DNA of 64,000 nt. Source: Octopus bimaculoides (lineage: Eukaryota). The translations under genes and the position numbers were made by a program. The DNA lies in the NCBI RefSeq assembly GCF_001194135.2, contig NC_069004.1, forward strand, positions 19,842,773 to 19,906,772. Reading direction: 5' to 3'. Below the pieces are notes generated by a model, which saw only the letters and a list, made by a program, of their open reading frames with translations, was not told the origin of the DNA and ran no database searches. Below are positions 26,257-39,237 of this stretch, piece after piece; position 1 is the stretch's first letter, and the number at the start of each line of letters is the position of its first letter.

Positions 26257-27251
26257 TTTACAAGAAACATTTGAATTATTTGAAATTTGTAATACATACT
26301 TATATACACACACACATGTATGTGTGTGTTGTGTGTATTAAACCCAGTATTTTCGGGAAGTTTTGTTTTGTTTTTGTTTTCATTTTCATTGATAAGAATT
26401 TTACTTTAATAATAAAATTCTTAGGTATTTATTTTGTCTTTGATTGTAATATTTCTAAAATTAATATTTGATATTTTTAGTATTTATCTGATTTCAATTA
26501 TAAATTGTTGGCTGGTTGATTGGTGGGTGGTTTATTGATATTGTGTAGAATGGAATGTTATTTGGACAATAACTTAAAGACAATCTAAAGAGAGTTAACA
26601 CAAGACCACTCAATGAAATCATAGAACATAGGTCACATACTCTTGCTACCAGAACAGTGTCATTACAACTTTCAAATGTACACCACCAAAGATAAAAAGA
26701 GGGGAAGACTGCATGGCATAGAACATTCATAACTGATACAAGAAACCAATATCACATAACCAAATGCGGAGAAAACTGCAGCTAATAGAAACCAATGGCA
26801 TCAACTTGCTGCCTGATGTACTCGAGTGCTTAGGAAGGGCTGAGACTGAGAGATGCACATTAAAAGACATTGAACTATAATCATTAACTGATTGGTGTAG
26901 TGAAGTTAGATGATTGAATTTTGTTGTTATGATGACAAATAAAGTGTAACTTTTTTGCACATGGTAGTTGCTACATCAGTGAAGCAGTGTTGATAAATCA
27001 AGTCTGTCAGTGATTTGAACAGTGAAGTTCTGTAATTTGGATACTAGTTAAAGCAAACATCACTGTTCTCTACTGTTTTGGCCATTTTAATAATTTAAGA
27101 TCTAGGTTTTGTATTGAATTATCTTACCTTAATTCTAAGATTCAAAGAAAGGAGACAAGGTATAAAATTTGAAAGAAAACACTATAGAATAAAGTTATGT
27201 TTTTGGTGAATTAGTTTCATGGGTCTAGAAATCTCTAGTGACAACATTTAC

Positions 27252-27405
27252 CTTCTTACTCTCTCTTTCTTCTTCACTGTCGAAGGGCAAGGAGCCAAAA
27301 GGTTAGATTCTGCACTCCGCACAGCAGTGAACTTGTCAAATCCTCTTATTGACTAGTTGTTGCTGATGTAGATGAACACTTGTTTCTTTGAATTCTGGGT
27401 TGTAT
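27252..27405 (-). pseudogene. Degenerate exon ending PFGSLPFDSEEERESKK
   Basis: Good AAG|gtaaat donor but a weak purine-rich acceptor. 154 nt (3n+1) with stops in all frames. The end resembles CEP63 [20 protein letters not shown]. Confidence 0.45.
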
Positions 27406-29005
27406 CTACATTTTACTTACATTTCTTAAAAGTGCATGCATTATAAAATCTTTATTTCATGTCCCTTTATGCCTTGTTGAAGAAAGTAATGTCCTTTCCT
27501 ACTAGTTCCTTAACTGTAAAGTTTGAATGAAACATTTCCACTGATTGGGGAAACTATAGTAAGCAGAGTTATTTCCCTTGTACTGGGGGGGGGGCACAAT
27601 GCAGATATCCAACACTAATCTTACAACCATTATGCCTCTATGCTGCGTCTTTTTTTAGTTACCTTTGATGTCTACATTCTTTTTAGTTTTTTTCAGGCCA
27701 ACATTGTTGAATGTCCTGCTCAATGATGAAATTATGTTAAAATATTTTTATTTTATTTTATACATTTTATATGGCATTTTGTGAACTACAACATTGTACT
27801 TTAAAAGTTTGCAATACACTAATCACTGGCTCACTGCATTTACAAAGGATTGTCTATGCAACTCAGGTGAAATAAATATCACAAAGAGTTTCCATCTACC
27901 AAATTTCACTCACTACAATATTGGTCTACCTGAGGTTATGTTGAAGATATTTGCTCGAAGTGCCATCTTTCAGTAGACTGTTCTGTTAGAAATTCCTGTT
28001 GTCATGTGCTTCAATTAGTGTACTTCAATTAGGATTTCTAATCTCTGATTGTTCACTGGATCATTAAGCTTTCATATTTTTTTTTCAAGACTAGCATGTG
28101 TCTCTTGGATCCTTCTAGCTGTAAGTCTGAAGTTACTAACCTATGTTCAGTAACACATTATTCACCTGGGAAGGACTTTGTATTTATGAGTACCTGTCTA
28201 TCCTGCTTGAATGTAGTCAATCTGGCTTGTGTGCCTACTAAAATGATAAGTGATTAAGTGACTCACTGGTTTCCTAAAGTTAGTGTGGCAGTTCATTTGC
28301 ATCACAGAACTACAGACCAGATCCAATACCTCCATGGATTCCACTTGGATGTTGCCCTATTTATTCATTGAAGCCTCCTTCTCACACACATTGAAGCCTC
28401 CTTCTCACCAACTCTAAACTCAACTGCAAATTTCACAGAAACTGATATTGACAGACTCTATTTCAGAAGAGGAAGAAAAGTTTTATTTTTAATAACACAT
28501 GCAGTTCAGTGTATCCAGAAGTGCAGGACTACCATATCTTAGTAAAGATTTGGGAAAGAATTACTCCAAATGACAATCTGGAAAAGTTAGGCTTTCAGGG
28601 CAAAGAGACTAGTTAGCATGTAGTTTTCAGATATAATCTATAAGTGGAATTGTTAAAGTTCATTATGTAATAATTATTGTTGTTATCTAAATTCCAGCAA
28701 TGGAGCTTTTGTTTCCTTGCTGGAAACCAGCTTCCTCCTCCTAGAAAGTATTTTGGTAAAAAAAAAAAAAAAGAAAGTTATACATACATTAATACAAACA
28801 TATATATATATACACACACACACATTAATATACAAACAATTACATGTAGAGAATGTGTTTATATGAAATGTTATTCACTCCACCTACTTATCTCTCATTT
28901 TTCTTATTTTTGTCTAATTTTTCAACCTAATATATATATATTTATATATATATTTATAAACGCTATCCCCTACTATACAATAACCTTTCATTTTCTGAAG
29001 AGCAT

Positions 29006-29115
29006 GCTATGACTGCTTCATGGAGCTATGACTGAAGAGGAGCTATGACTGCTTCATGGAGCTATGACTGAAGAGGAGCTATGACTGAAGAGCTATGACT
29101 GCTTCATGGAGCTAT
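29006..29115. repeat. Two-unit minisatellite (GCTATGACTG core plus CTTCATGGA or AAGAGGA)
   Basis: Six units in the order A,B,A,B,B',A. Confidence 0.9.
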
Positions 29116-29452
29116 CAAAATCCATACTAGTTGATTCTATATTTTGCTTTTATGATATTGTCTCAGTATTGTACCTGCTTGCATGGTTATATATATACAT
29201 GATTATATCTACTAGTAACACTAGGCAACAAAGATTTTGTTACAGAAGACCAAATATGTGTTTCTAGCTAATTTCGGTATGCTGATTTCAAATCTATAAT
29301 TAGATGTTTTCTATCATATCTGGATTTTGTTTAAAATGAAAATCACTCAGTAAAATTTCCTACCACATCCAGATTTTGGTTGTAATCAAATTAATAACAA
29401 TAATATGAAACTTGCTTTTCAATGTGAAAGCAATTTTTGTTTGTCAACTATA

Positions 29453-30312
29453 TGAGGTCTGATAAATTAAGTATCTGGACTGTTGCCATAGTAACAAAGC
29501 TAGAGTACACAGAGTGAAGCTGCTTGGCAAAGATTGACCTTGAACTCTGTTGTACATGTGCACTAAGTTTTAATGTTGTAGCTCACTTCCGCTGTTTACA
29601 GCAGTACTTGGAAAGAAGGTGTGTAATATGTGATTATCGCATTGACCATGACAGAAGGTTGTCATGGCAATACCTGCTCAGAGGCCTATGCAAAGTTGCA
29701 GAAAGTGTATGAGAGGAGTGTGTGATCCGCACACAAGTGTATGAGTGGTTCAGACGTTTCCAAGATGGCCGAAAAAATGTCGATATTGATGATCGTTTTG
29801 GGAGACACACAACCAGTAGAACTGAGAAAAACATCACAGATGTGAAGGGAGGTTGTCTAATTACCATCTGGGAGTTATCAGAGGATGTGCAGATTAGTTA
29901 CAATTCAGTTCAGTCCATTATCACTGAAGGTTTAGGTATGAGACAAGTTTGTGCCAAAACTGCTTTCAACTGACCAAAAAGACACTTAGGGTTTCAGTTG
30001 TACAAGATCTCCTTGATTGTGTTGAGAATGATGAAAACTTTGCATAGGCCTCTGAGCAGGTATCATCAAGCTTTTGGCAAAATTTGATGCAGATTCTCTG
30101 CTCAACTTTCTCTGTCATGGTCAATGTGACAATCACACGCTACACACCTTCCTTCCAAGCACTGCTGTAAACAGCGGAAGTGAGCTAGAACGTTAAAACT
30201 TAGTATGCATGCACAGCAGAGTTCAAGGTCAATCTGCACTAAGCAACTTCACTCCGCGTGCTTTAGCTTTGTTACTATTTCAACAGTCTGGATACTTATA
30301 GATCAGACCACG
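29453..30312 (+). mobile_element. Non-autonomous mariner derivative with ~250-bp inverted arms, TA-flanked
   Basis: TA|TGAGGTCTGAT ... ATCAGACCACG|TA termini. Internal QVYEWFRRFQDGRKNVDIDDRFGRHTTS transposase N-terminus. Confidence 0.85.
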
Positions 30313-30319
30313 TATATAA

Positions 30320-33300
30320 ATTTTGATCAATAAAACTTATCCCAAGTTGGCAACACTGAGTCAAGAGCATAGTAATGGCTGAATGGTCAGTCATTATGTG
30401 ACAGTCAAGTGGAGCAGTTGTTGAAACACTCTACTGGTAAGCAAGTAACTGGCTGTGGTAACTTGTGTATTTTTATTGCATTTGTTTTGTACTACACTAT
30501 ATTTCTTTTTATTTTGTACATTGTAATTATTACTTCCTACACTTTTTTTTTTGTTTTCCAGACATTGTATGGTAACTAAAATGCAATCAAATAGATGTGT
30601 TTGTGTAAATTACCCAAACAACTTCTGCTATATTTCTGGACAATATACACCTAAATGTAGGGTGTGTTATGTCATTCTGTGAAAATTTCATATAGATTTT
30701 TGAAACCCAATTTTTTCATTAAAACAAAGGTCAAAGAATGAAGAAATCAATGTTTCCATTTTTTGCTTCTGCCACCTTTAAAAATGGTGGCCAAAGTCAT
30801 TAATCCTGCATGATTTTCCATTAAATCAAGAAAGAAAATGGGTTAAAATTATGCAATGTATTGTTTTTAAAGCCAAGAATTTCAAATATGACATTTGTAA
30901 TTATGAAAAAGTTATATTTTGAGCATGAGAGCCATATTTCTTTTAATGGCTACCAAAAATGGATATCTTACCAAGTATTCTGATAATATACTTATATAAC
31001 TACTGTTCATGAATATGGTGCTAATATTTTACTTGTCAGAATTAATTTTGAATGTTGTTTATACCACATACTGTAAAATCTTTGGGGAGGATTCATATGG
31101 GTAGTTCGGGGTGGGTGAGTAAGCAAATGTTTTCTCTCAATAATTGTGATTCTTTTTCTCTTTGCATGTCCCTGAATTATGACATGGAATCTGTAGGTCA
31201 ACCTCCTGCTAAAAGAATCCATCTTGAACATCCTCTGACTCACTACAAGCTATGCATCATCAGCCAAATCAACAAGACTGGACCCACAGTAAGAAATTTA
31301 GCTGTAGAGACATTTCAAAAATTCGTCAGGCAAATGAATACTTTGGCCGACTTGAAAGGTCCAGAATTTGCTACTTTGAAAGAAAGACTTGACAAGGACA
31401 TTACTGCAGATTATTTGATAAAACAACAAGCATTCTGGCATAGAAAATGTTATTCCATTGCAACCAACTCAGACCACCCGAAGAGAGCAAAGGCTAGATA
31501 TGATGCAACAATAGCAAAGGAGACAATATCACCTCTTAAACGCAAGTGAGGTTGCCCATCCAATGTTCAAGAACCATCAACCTCATCTGGCTCTTTCACA
31601 AGATCAAAATCAAAATCATTCCAAAAATCTAAATGGTTCTTTTGCCAAAGGAAAGAATTAGGAAAGTTACATGTATGCAGCACTGAGAATATTGGGTATC
31701 AAATATATGAAATTGTGTAGAAAAGTGATAATGAGAGCTGGAAAGTATATCATGCAAAAATCATAGCTGAGAAAGATCCCCTGTCAAAAGATATAATGTA
31801 TCACAAATTATGTATGGCAAGACAGTGGGCAAAGTACTGCTCTTCTCCTAAAGGGTTTACAAGCACCAATGGAAGTTGTCTTACTGGTACAAAAGAAAAA
31901 TGTAGTGTTAAAAGCATTGCAGGAGGTCTTTAGATGGTGGCAAAATTATGTCTATAGTAGCGGTAGAGAAGTTCTACAAAGAGTGCATGAGTGACTAGTA
32001 TAGATAATGTAGAAATGAATTGTACACAACTAAAGGAAAAGATTTTGAAACACTGCAAAAACATCAAGTTTACAAGACCTATAGCTGTCAAATTCGATCA
32101 TGAGAAAGACATGCTAAAGCTTTTTGATGTAAGCAGAATAATAAAACACGCAATTCATAAAGCCAAATATAACCCTTGAAACTTTAGTGGTTGCCTGAAG
32201 GGGGATGACAAATATATACCACATGAGCTGTATTCACTGTTGCGTTGGATTATTGAAGGTATGAAGATTGGGACGAGTGAAGACAGAAGAAATACAGTAA
32301 ACATAATGTGCCAAAATGTAGTGCAACAAATAATCCAGGTGCACAAGTCAGATAAACAAATGTCATACAAGACAAAATCTGATGTTTCTAAATTTCGTTC
32401 TGCAACTGAAACACTACTAAATGAATACTTTGGCCGACTTGAAAGGTCCAGAATTTACTACTTTGAAAGAAAGACTTGACAAGGAAATTACTGCAGATTA
32501 TTTGATAAAACAACAAGCGTTCTGGCATAGAAAATGTTATTCCATTGCAACCAACTCAGACCACCTGAAGAGAGCAAAGGCTAGATATGATGCAACAATA
32601 GCAAAGGAGATAATATCACCGAAACACTACTAACATGTAGAATTTCCTTGCATTCCTATCATGCACACAGATGCAAGAGAGAAATTGGCTTTCTTCACCA
32701 TTCTGTAACAAAACATATTTCACAGATAGCTTGTGTAGTGAAGGACAATATGAAGAAACATGAAGGAATTTATATTGCAGCTAATCTTAGCAAGGACAAA
32801 CCAATTCTTGGATCACTGGACAACATTGACGGTCAGGTAGCCACTCCAGATGGTAGAAACTCTTTTCATGGCACAGCCATTGCTGTTTACCAGGAAATAG
32901 CCCTTATTGGTAAGTAGATTTTCAGTGACCCATTAAACCTCAATCAACTTATTGACTTGAGATGGGTAGACGTACCCAAGTCACTGCTAGATGTACAAAA
33001 GACTAACATTACTGGAAATCCAACACCTTACCAAAGTCCACATTGTCCAGACTTCCCACCAGGTCAGTATGATGAAGAATCCAAGACAACAGAGGAAACT
33101 GATCTGGCATAGCAGTCTGACATTCCAATAGACAGAAATTTGGGACCAGAAATCTACAGGCTTCTGAATCTGAGACATATGCCTCTAGCGAGACTGATGA
33201 ACCAACAATTGAATCTGAAGATATTGAAGTTACCACTGAAGAATTTAACGATAATTCAAAATTAGACTCAAAGAAGCAGGATATACCTTTATGGGGAGCA

Positions 33301-33860
33301 TACAATTCATTTATTATTGAGAGGGATGGTAAAGTAGATTATGCACACCCATTATAAATTCTGTAACCAATCACAGGTCAACATTGATAACAGGATGAGA
33401 AAATCTTTCTAAATTAAGCAAGATAATTAGAGGGGAGAATGCACCACCTATATCTGTTTGGATGGCAATGGATCTCTGCAAGAGGGCTTTGAAAATTCCA
33501 TACTTAGAGGATCACATAGTATTTTACATAGTATTGTGTGCTTTGAGATGTCTTAGCCAAAAGATAGATCAGTTATGGATTGAGGCAGAAATTTATTCAA
33601 GTGTAACTATGAACCAGTGATTAGTGGTAAGCACTACAACAGGGTTGTCATCTGGTAACTTTGTCAGAGTGTCATCAGGTAACTTTGCAAGCTCTTGCAG
33701 ACTTGTGACTAGAAAACTTCTTTGACAAAAATCCAGACATTGCAGTGAACATAGATAGTATAAGTTCAGAATATTTTGGGAGCAGTCAGTTAAAAGAGGG
33801 GCATAGCAAACTATGAGACGAAGGCAATTGATCTTGCTAAAAAACTCAAAGAGTTTGATC
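30320..33860 (+). mobile_element. Large decayed DNA-transposon-like ORF, superfamily not assigned
   Basis: Motifs FWHRKCYS, FCQRKELGKLHVCSTE...IMYHKLC, LDNIDGQVATPDGRNSFHGTAIAVYQ and ISGKHYNR; multiple stops. Boundaries approximate. Confidence 0.55.
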
Positions 33861-33879
33861 TCACTTAGAAATATCCTCT

Positions 33880-35535
33880 TTATAAATGCATGAGACAGTA
33901 CATGAAGTTAACAAGGTGAAGGTCAGCAATGAATTTTGTGCAGGCAGGAGTTCTCCAAGGCTTAGTTCTCAGCCCTCTCTTATTTATCATTGTCCTCCAA
34001 ACCATAAAAGTAGTATCTAAAACTGGTCACCCTTAGGAACTTCTGTATGCTGATGACCTTGTTCTTATATCCAAATCTATAGTAGAATCAGAGAAGAATT
34101 TCAGGTATGGAACCAAGGTTTGGAATCAATGCATCTTGTTAATTTAGCAAACACAAGTTACTAATCCCTTCAGGGAGGTATTGTTCAATATGTAGGTGTA
34201 GATAGAAATTCTATTTGATGTACTTTGAGCAAGCTGTGGACACAAGAAGTGCAATGTAATCACAAAGTTTAACAGAAAGTTGTGTGTGAGGCAGATATGC
34301 AGGAACTGTAAACATTATGAACACACAGGAAATAGAATTTTCTCAAATGTTCTAGGAGGTAGATAGTTTCTATTACCTAGGTGATTGAATTAGCAGTGGA
34401 AGAGGAGGCTCTAAAATTGTAATTGCTAGAATTAGAATCAATTGAGCAATGTTCAGAGTAACAAAGGCCCTCTCCCTCAGAAGGAATGCCAGATTGTATG
34501 ATGCTTGTCTATTGACAATTCTACATGGTAGTGAAATGTGGGCTGTGAAAGCAGAGATCGTGCAAAGGCTTGAAAGTCAGTATGCTTTACTATATGAGCA
34601 ATGCCAGTGTGCATGTTGTGAAAAAAATTGGATATAAGAGGCATCAGAAGTAATGTGCAAGAGAGAAGACTGCACTGGAATGATCATGTGGTGTATATGG
34701 ATGAGGATAGCTGCATAAAGTAGTGCCAATATCTAATTGTGGAGGGGACTTGTGCAAGAAAAAGGCATGGAGAAAGTAGTGAAAAATGATCTTTAGAAGC
34801 TGAGCCTCACAGAGGAGATGACAAAGGACTGATAATTGGTGATTTGCTGTGCTTGAGAAGATCACACCTAGCTAAATAAAACTGAAGCCATAAGGCATAT
34901 CCTTTATGTCCATGTTCCCACCCCACCCTGCATAATCTATCCCTGACAAACTTCTTCCCAATGCTTCCCCCTTCCTCCCACCTGTGCTTACCATTGCTGT
35001 ACTCCCCTCTTCTTTATTTCCCAATCTCCTCTGTTGAATCTTCCAAACAACCCCTCCCTCTATTTCTGTCCCCTCACTACATTCTCTTTCCTCCACCTAC
35101 AACTCTCCTTTCTCAACCTTGCATGCAAACTTACCCACTTACTCACCCCAGCCAGTCCTTGGAGACCAAGGACTGGCTAAGGTGAGTGGGTGGGTCACTT
35201 ATCTACACATCCCTGTAACTTGAGTGTACCTGTTGCATTACATCTTTCTTTCCCTTCTTTGTCTTACTCAGAGAGCCATGTATCTCCTTTACTGTAAGGT
35301 GCCTATTTCTGTCCCTCTCCTCATTCTCTAACCTCTCATCTGGTACAAAGCCATCTTCTTCAATACTAACCCCAACTCAGTTGCAGGATCTTGTCTTGTA
35401 AGTTATTTGGTGAACTCACTCTGGTGCCATGTAAAAAGCATCCAGTACACTTTGTAAAAGTGGTTGGCATTAGGAAGGGCATCCAGCCATAGAAACCATG
35501 CCAAAGCAGACTGTAGAGTTAGGTGCAATCTTCTG
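33880..35535 (+). mobile_element. 5'-truncated RTE LINE with CT-rich 3' UTR
   Basis: AGVLQGLVLSPLLFII, LLYADDLVL, RLYDACLLTILHGSEMW, then the shared ggttggcattaggaagggcatcc tail. Confidence 0.8.
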
Positions 35536-35789
35536 ACTTACTAGAACAGAGGCATATAGATGTGTGTGAGGTGGAGAGGAGCCTCAGATTAGATTTCTCA
35601 CAGGCAAAGAACAGAGATATAATATATTCCGGGTGAGCAATAGTGATGTGTGAGAGGAGTAAGCATATTTTTGGTAGAGAAAGATTGCTTTGTATCAGAT
35701 GAGAGGTTAGAGTATCAATAGAGGGATAAAAATAGAGAAGGTGATCGAGGTAAGAGTATGCAACAGGATATTTAAGCTCAGGCTAATAT

Positions 35790-38260
35790 TGGCTAATTCA
35801 ATAACAACATATATTTCTGCATAAGCTCCTCAATTGGGTCTAGCAGATGAACAAAAGAACCCATTTTACAAAGCATTTTTGCATATTACCTCAATGACAA
35901 ACAATAGTGACATTATTGTTGTGACTGGTGACTTCAATGGATATGTTGGGCAGCAATCCAATGGATTCCATGGTGTATAAGGAAACTATGGTTGTAGTGC
36001 TGGGAAAGAGGAGGGAACAAAACTCTTGGAGTTCTAAGATGTAAGTGACTTCAAGAAACTAACCAGTTGCCTGATCACCATCATTCTGGTGAGCACACAA
36101 GCCAGATTGGCTACATTCTCACTAGAAAACAGGATAGGCAGAGACTTGTGCATGCAAAGCTCTTCATGGGTGATGAATGTACAACCTAGCATAGGTTAGT
36201 AGCTAGTGACTTCAGACTTAAAGCTAAAAGGACTCAGAGATGTACACCAGTCTGGAAAGGAAGTTATGGAAGCTTAAAGATTCAGTGAACAGTCAGAAAT
36301 TTAGAGAAGTACTAGATGAAGCATTTGACAAAAAGGAGCCAATAGCAACTTGTAATGTAAAGGAAAGCTGGAAGTTCCTTTGGGACAACCTATTGAAAAC
36401 AACAGACCAAATTTGTGACTAGTTCAAATTTCCAAGACTAAAGGTGACATAATGGTGAAACAATGAAGTTGGCAAAGCCATAAAGGTGAGGAGACGGGAT
36501 TGGGAAAATGGAGGTAGTAGAGAAATATACCAGATCGCTAAACAAGAATTAGAAAGGAAGATGTTTGCTGATGTTCTTTGGTTGTGAGGATCAGAGGCAT
36601 GAAGTGTTACAGATTGTAAGGCAGTGTATTAGAGAAAATTGTAATTTGAGCGAGTGTGAACAGATGGATGATGGTGCACTTGGTGGTTCTGAAAAGAAAG
36701 AGGCATAGAAATACTATGAAAGGTTACTAAACATGGAAAATACATGGGAGAAATGGGATATCTAGATGTGAACCTCATGAGTTGACAAGAAGATCCCATG
36801 GTCCATCAGGAAATACCATCAAGATGCTTAAAATATCTGATAGCATGGGATACAACTTAGTTGCCTGTATAGTTAATCAGGTTGAACAAGAAGGTATTGT
36901 GTCCAATGACTGGTGTAGCAGCATTATAGCTAGCTGTTACAAGGGTAAAGGAGAAGCCATGGAGAAATAATAACAGTCGTGTCAAACTGCTGGACCAGGT
37001 TATAAAAATTATGGAAAGGATTTTAAGCTCAACTAATTAGCAAGAGTGTTAATTTAGACAGGATCCAGTTTGGTTTTACACTAGGAAGAAATAATATTGA
37101 TGTTTTCTACTAGTAAAGCACTACAGGGAAAGAATTTAGTCAAAAATAAACCACTGTGACATCTGGTGAGGTGGAGAAAGTCTTTGACAGAGTCCATCAC
37201 TCACTCATCTGGCAGGTACTACAGAATTTTGAGATAGATGAATGTCTGGTGAGAGCCATCCAAACTATGTATAGCGATGCTGACAGTAAGGTGAGAGTTA
37301 ATAATGAGTATAACAATGAAATTAATGTGCAGGTAGAATTTATCCGGCTCACTTCCCAATCATTATTTGTAGGAGAATTAGAAAATAAATTCTGTTTAGC
37401 CTAAAAGTTAACTTAGGAAAGACTCAAGTTCTGGTAAGCAAGAAACAGACAAACCAGTAATCCCTTCGGGAAAATGGCCCTACTCATTATGTAGCAAAGG
37501 TATAGGTAGAAATTTCATGTGGCGTACCAAGTGTGAGCTATGGTCACATAAGGGGTGCAGTGGAATCACAGGATGGTTAATAGAGAAAATGGATTTTGTA
37601 TGCATAGGAGCAGTGAGCACCAGAAATACATTTCCTTGAATGTCCAGAAGGATCCTTAGAGCTAATAGATAGTTTCTGTTACGTAAGTGATCTAATTTAG
37701 CAGTAGAGGAGGTTGTTTTGAAAGTACAATTGCTAGAATATGAGTGAGATGGAGAAAGTTTAGAGAATTATTATCTTTATTGGCAACGAAAGGTACCCCT
37801 CGAGTGAAAGGCAGATTGGATGATGCTTGTGTCAAACAGCAATGCTACATGGTAGCAAAATGTGGGCTGTGAAAGCAGAGAACATACAAAGGTTTGAAAG
37901 AAACAAAACCAGAATTCTGTCATGCCAGTGTGCATGTACAACAAAATGTAGATGTGTTGAGAGAAAAATTGGATGTGAGAGACATCACATGTAGTGTGCA
38001 AGAGAGAAGACTACTTTTATGGATGAAGACAGCTGCATAAAGAAGTGCCAATCGCTAAATGTGGACAGAACCTGTGGAAAATAGAAACCCAGTAAGACAT
38101 GGGACCAAGTTGTGAAAAATGATCTCCAATTGTTGAACCTCACCAAGGAGATGACAAAGAACCAAGATGATTCATGTGCTTAAGATGACCTGTTGATCTA
38201 AGCAAAAATTAGGCCTTTAAGACATGTTGGTTATGTTTCTGCCCTTGCACACAGTCTGTT
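35790..38260 (+). mobile_element. Decayed RTE LINE (APE-RT)
   Basis: IVVTGDFNG (EN), GPSGNTIKMLKI, WCSSIIASCYKGKG, EKVFDRVHHSLIW. Confidence 0.8.
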
Positions 38261-38476
38261 CTTAATGAATCTCTCCCCAACAACTCATCTTCCTAACTCC
38301 TCCCCTCCACCTGTGTTCACCACTTTCTGCATTTTCCTTCTCCTTTCCTCTATCTCCCACTCACCTTTCACACTTTCACATCTTCTTGTCCACATATCCT
38401 GTCCAGTCCATGGTTCCACTTCGTTTATATTCATCCCCCTGTACCTTGAAACTAAAACCCTGACACATCTTCACCA

Positions 38477-38522
<46 letters not shown>

Positions 38523-38615
38523 GTTACACACACACACACACACACACACATACATTGAGGAATTAACCAACAAATCTACATCTGTGAACTAGAGAGGTAC
38601 GACTGTGATGTTTAC

Positions 38616-38852
38616 CTGATGTCAAGTATCCACAGAAGCAGCTTTAGGTTCATCATGATGGCTAACCAATGAGTTGGGTTCAATATTTTGTTTAAGTTGC
38701 TGTAGTTGTTGTTGTTGTGTTGTTGCTAGATTCATGTCTGTTATTTCTTTAGATTCCTTCTCAAGTTTTCCAAAACCCATTTTGAATTTTTTAGCATTTT
38801 CTGTTTGATATTTCAAGAGATTCTGCACATTAGTTAGGTTTTTCATCAATAT
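38616..38852 (-). pseudogene. CEP63/DEUP1-like exon (ILMKNLTNVQNLLKYQTENAKK...KAASVDT*HQ)
   Basis: ttttcttttag| acceptor and CAG|gtaaac donor, 237 nt, phase 0-0. TGA two codons before the donor. Confidence 0.7.
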
Positions 38853-39177
38853 CTAAAAGAAAACAGAGAAATAGAATGAGCAAGAAACGGAGAGAATGAG
38901 GAGGAAAGTAATAGAGAGTGAGGGTGAGAGGAGAAGTAAGAGGGAGAAAATAGGTAAAAAGATTTCTTGAATTCAACTTTCCTTTGAGTTAAATATTTTG
39001 ATAATTATGTGCTTAGTGGTGTGGTGATGGTGTTGGTGATGGTGTTGGTGATAATGATGGTGATGATGGTTAGTGGGGTGATAGTGATGATTATGAGCTG
39101 GTGTTGATAATAATGATGATGATGACATCAATGATGTTAGATCAGATTAGATATTGTTGACAGAAAAGTTGGCTTAC

Positions 39178-39237
39178 ATCATTTTTCTGGTTAGATTTCT
39201 CCAATTGTTTCAATGTTTCTTCCTTTTCAATGTTCAG
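39178..39237 (-). pseudogene. CEP63/DEUP1-like exon (LNIEKEETLKQLEKSNQKND)
   Basis: tattatttcag| acceptor and GAT|gtaagc donor, 60 nt, phase 0-0. Resembles CEP63 EHKEILDQLESLKLENRHL. Confidence 0.75.

Noticed and set aside
28400-28530. ttcag|AAGAGGAAGAAAAG as an extra MRE11 RRGRK tail exon
   Set aside because: MRE11 already stops at 26010. DIDRLYFRRGRK resembles the RLYxxRxxGGRGL motif of LINE remnants.
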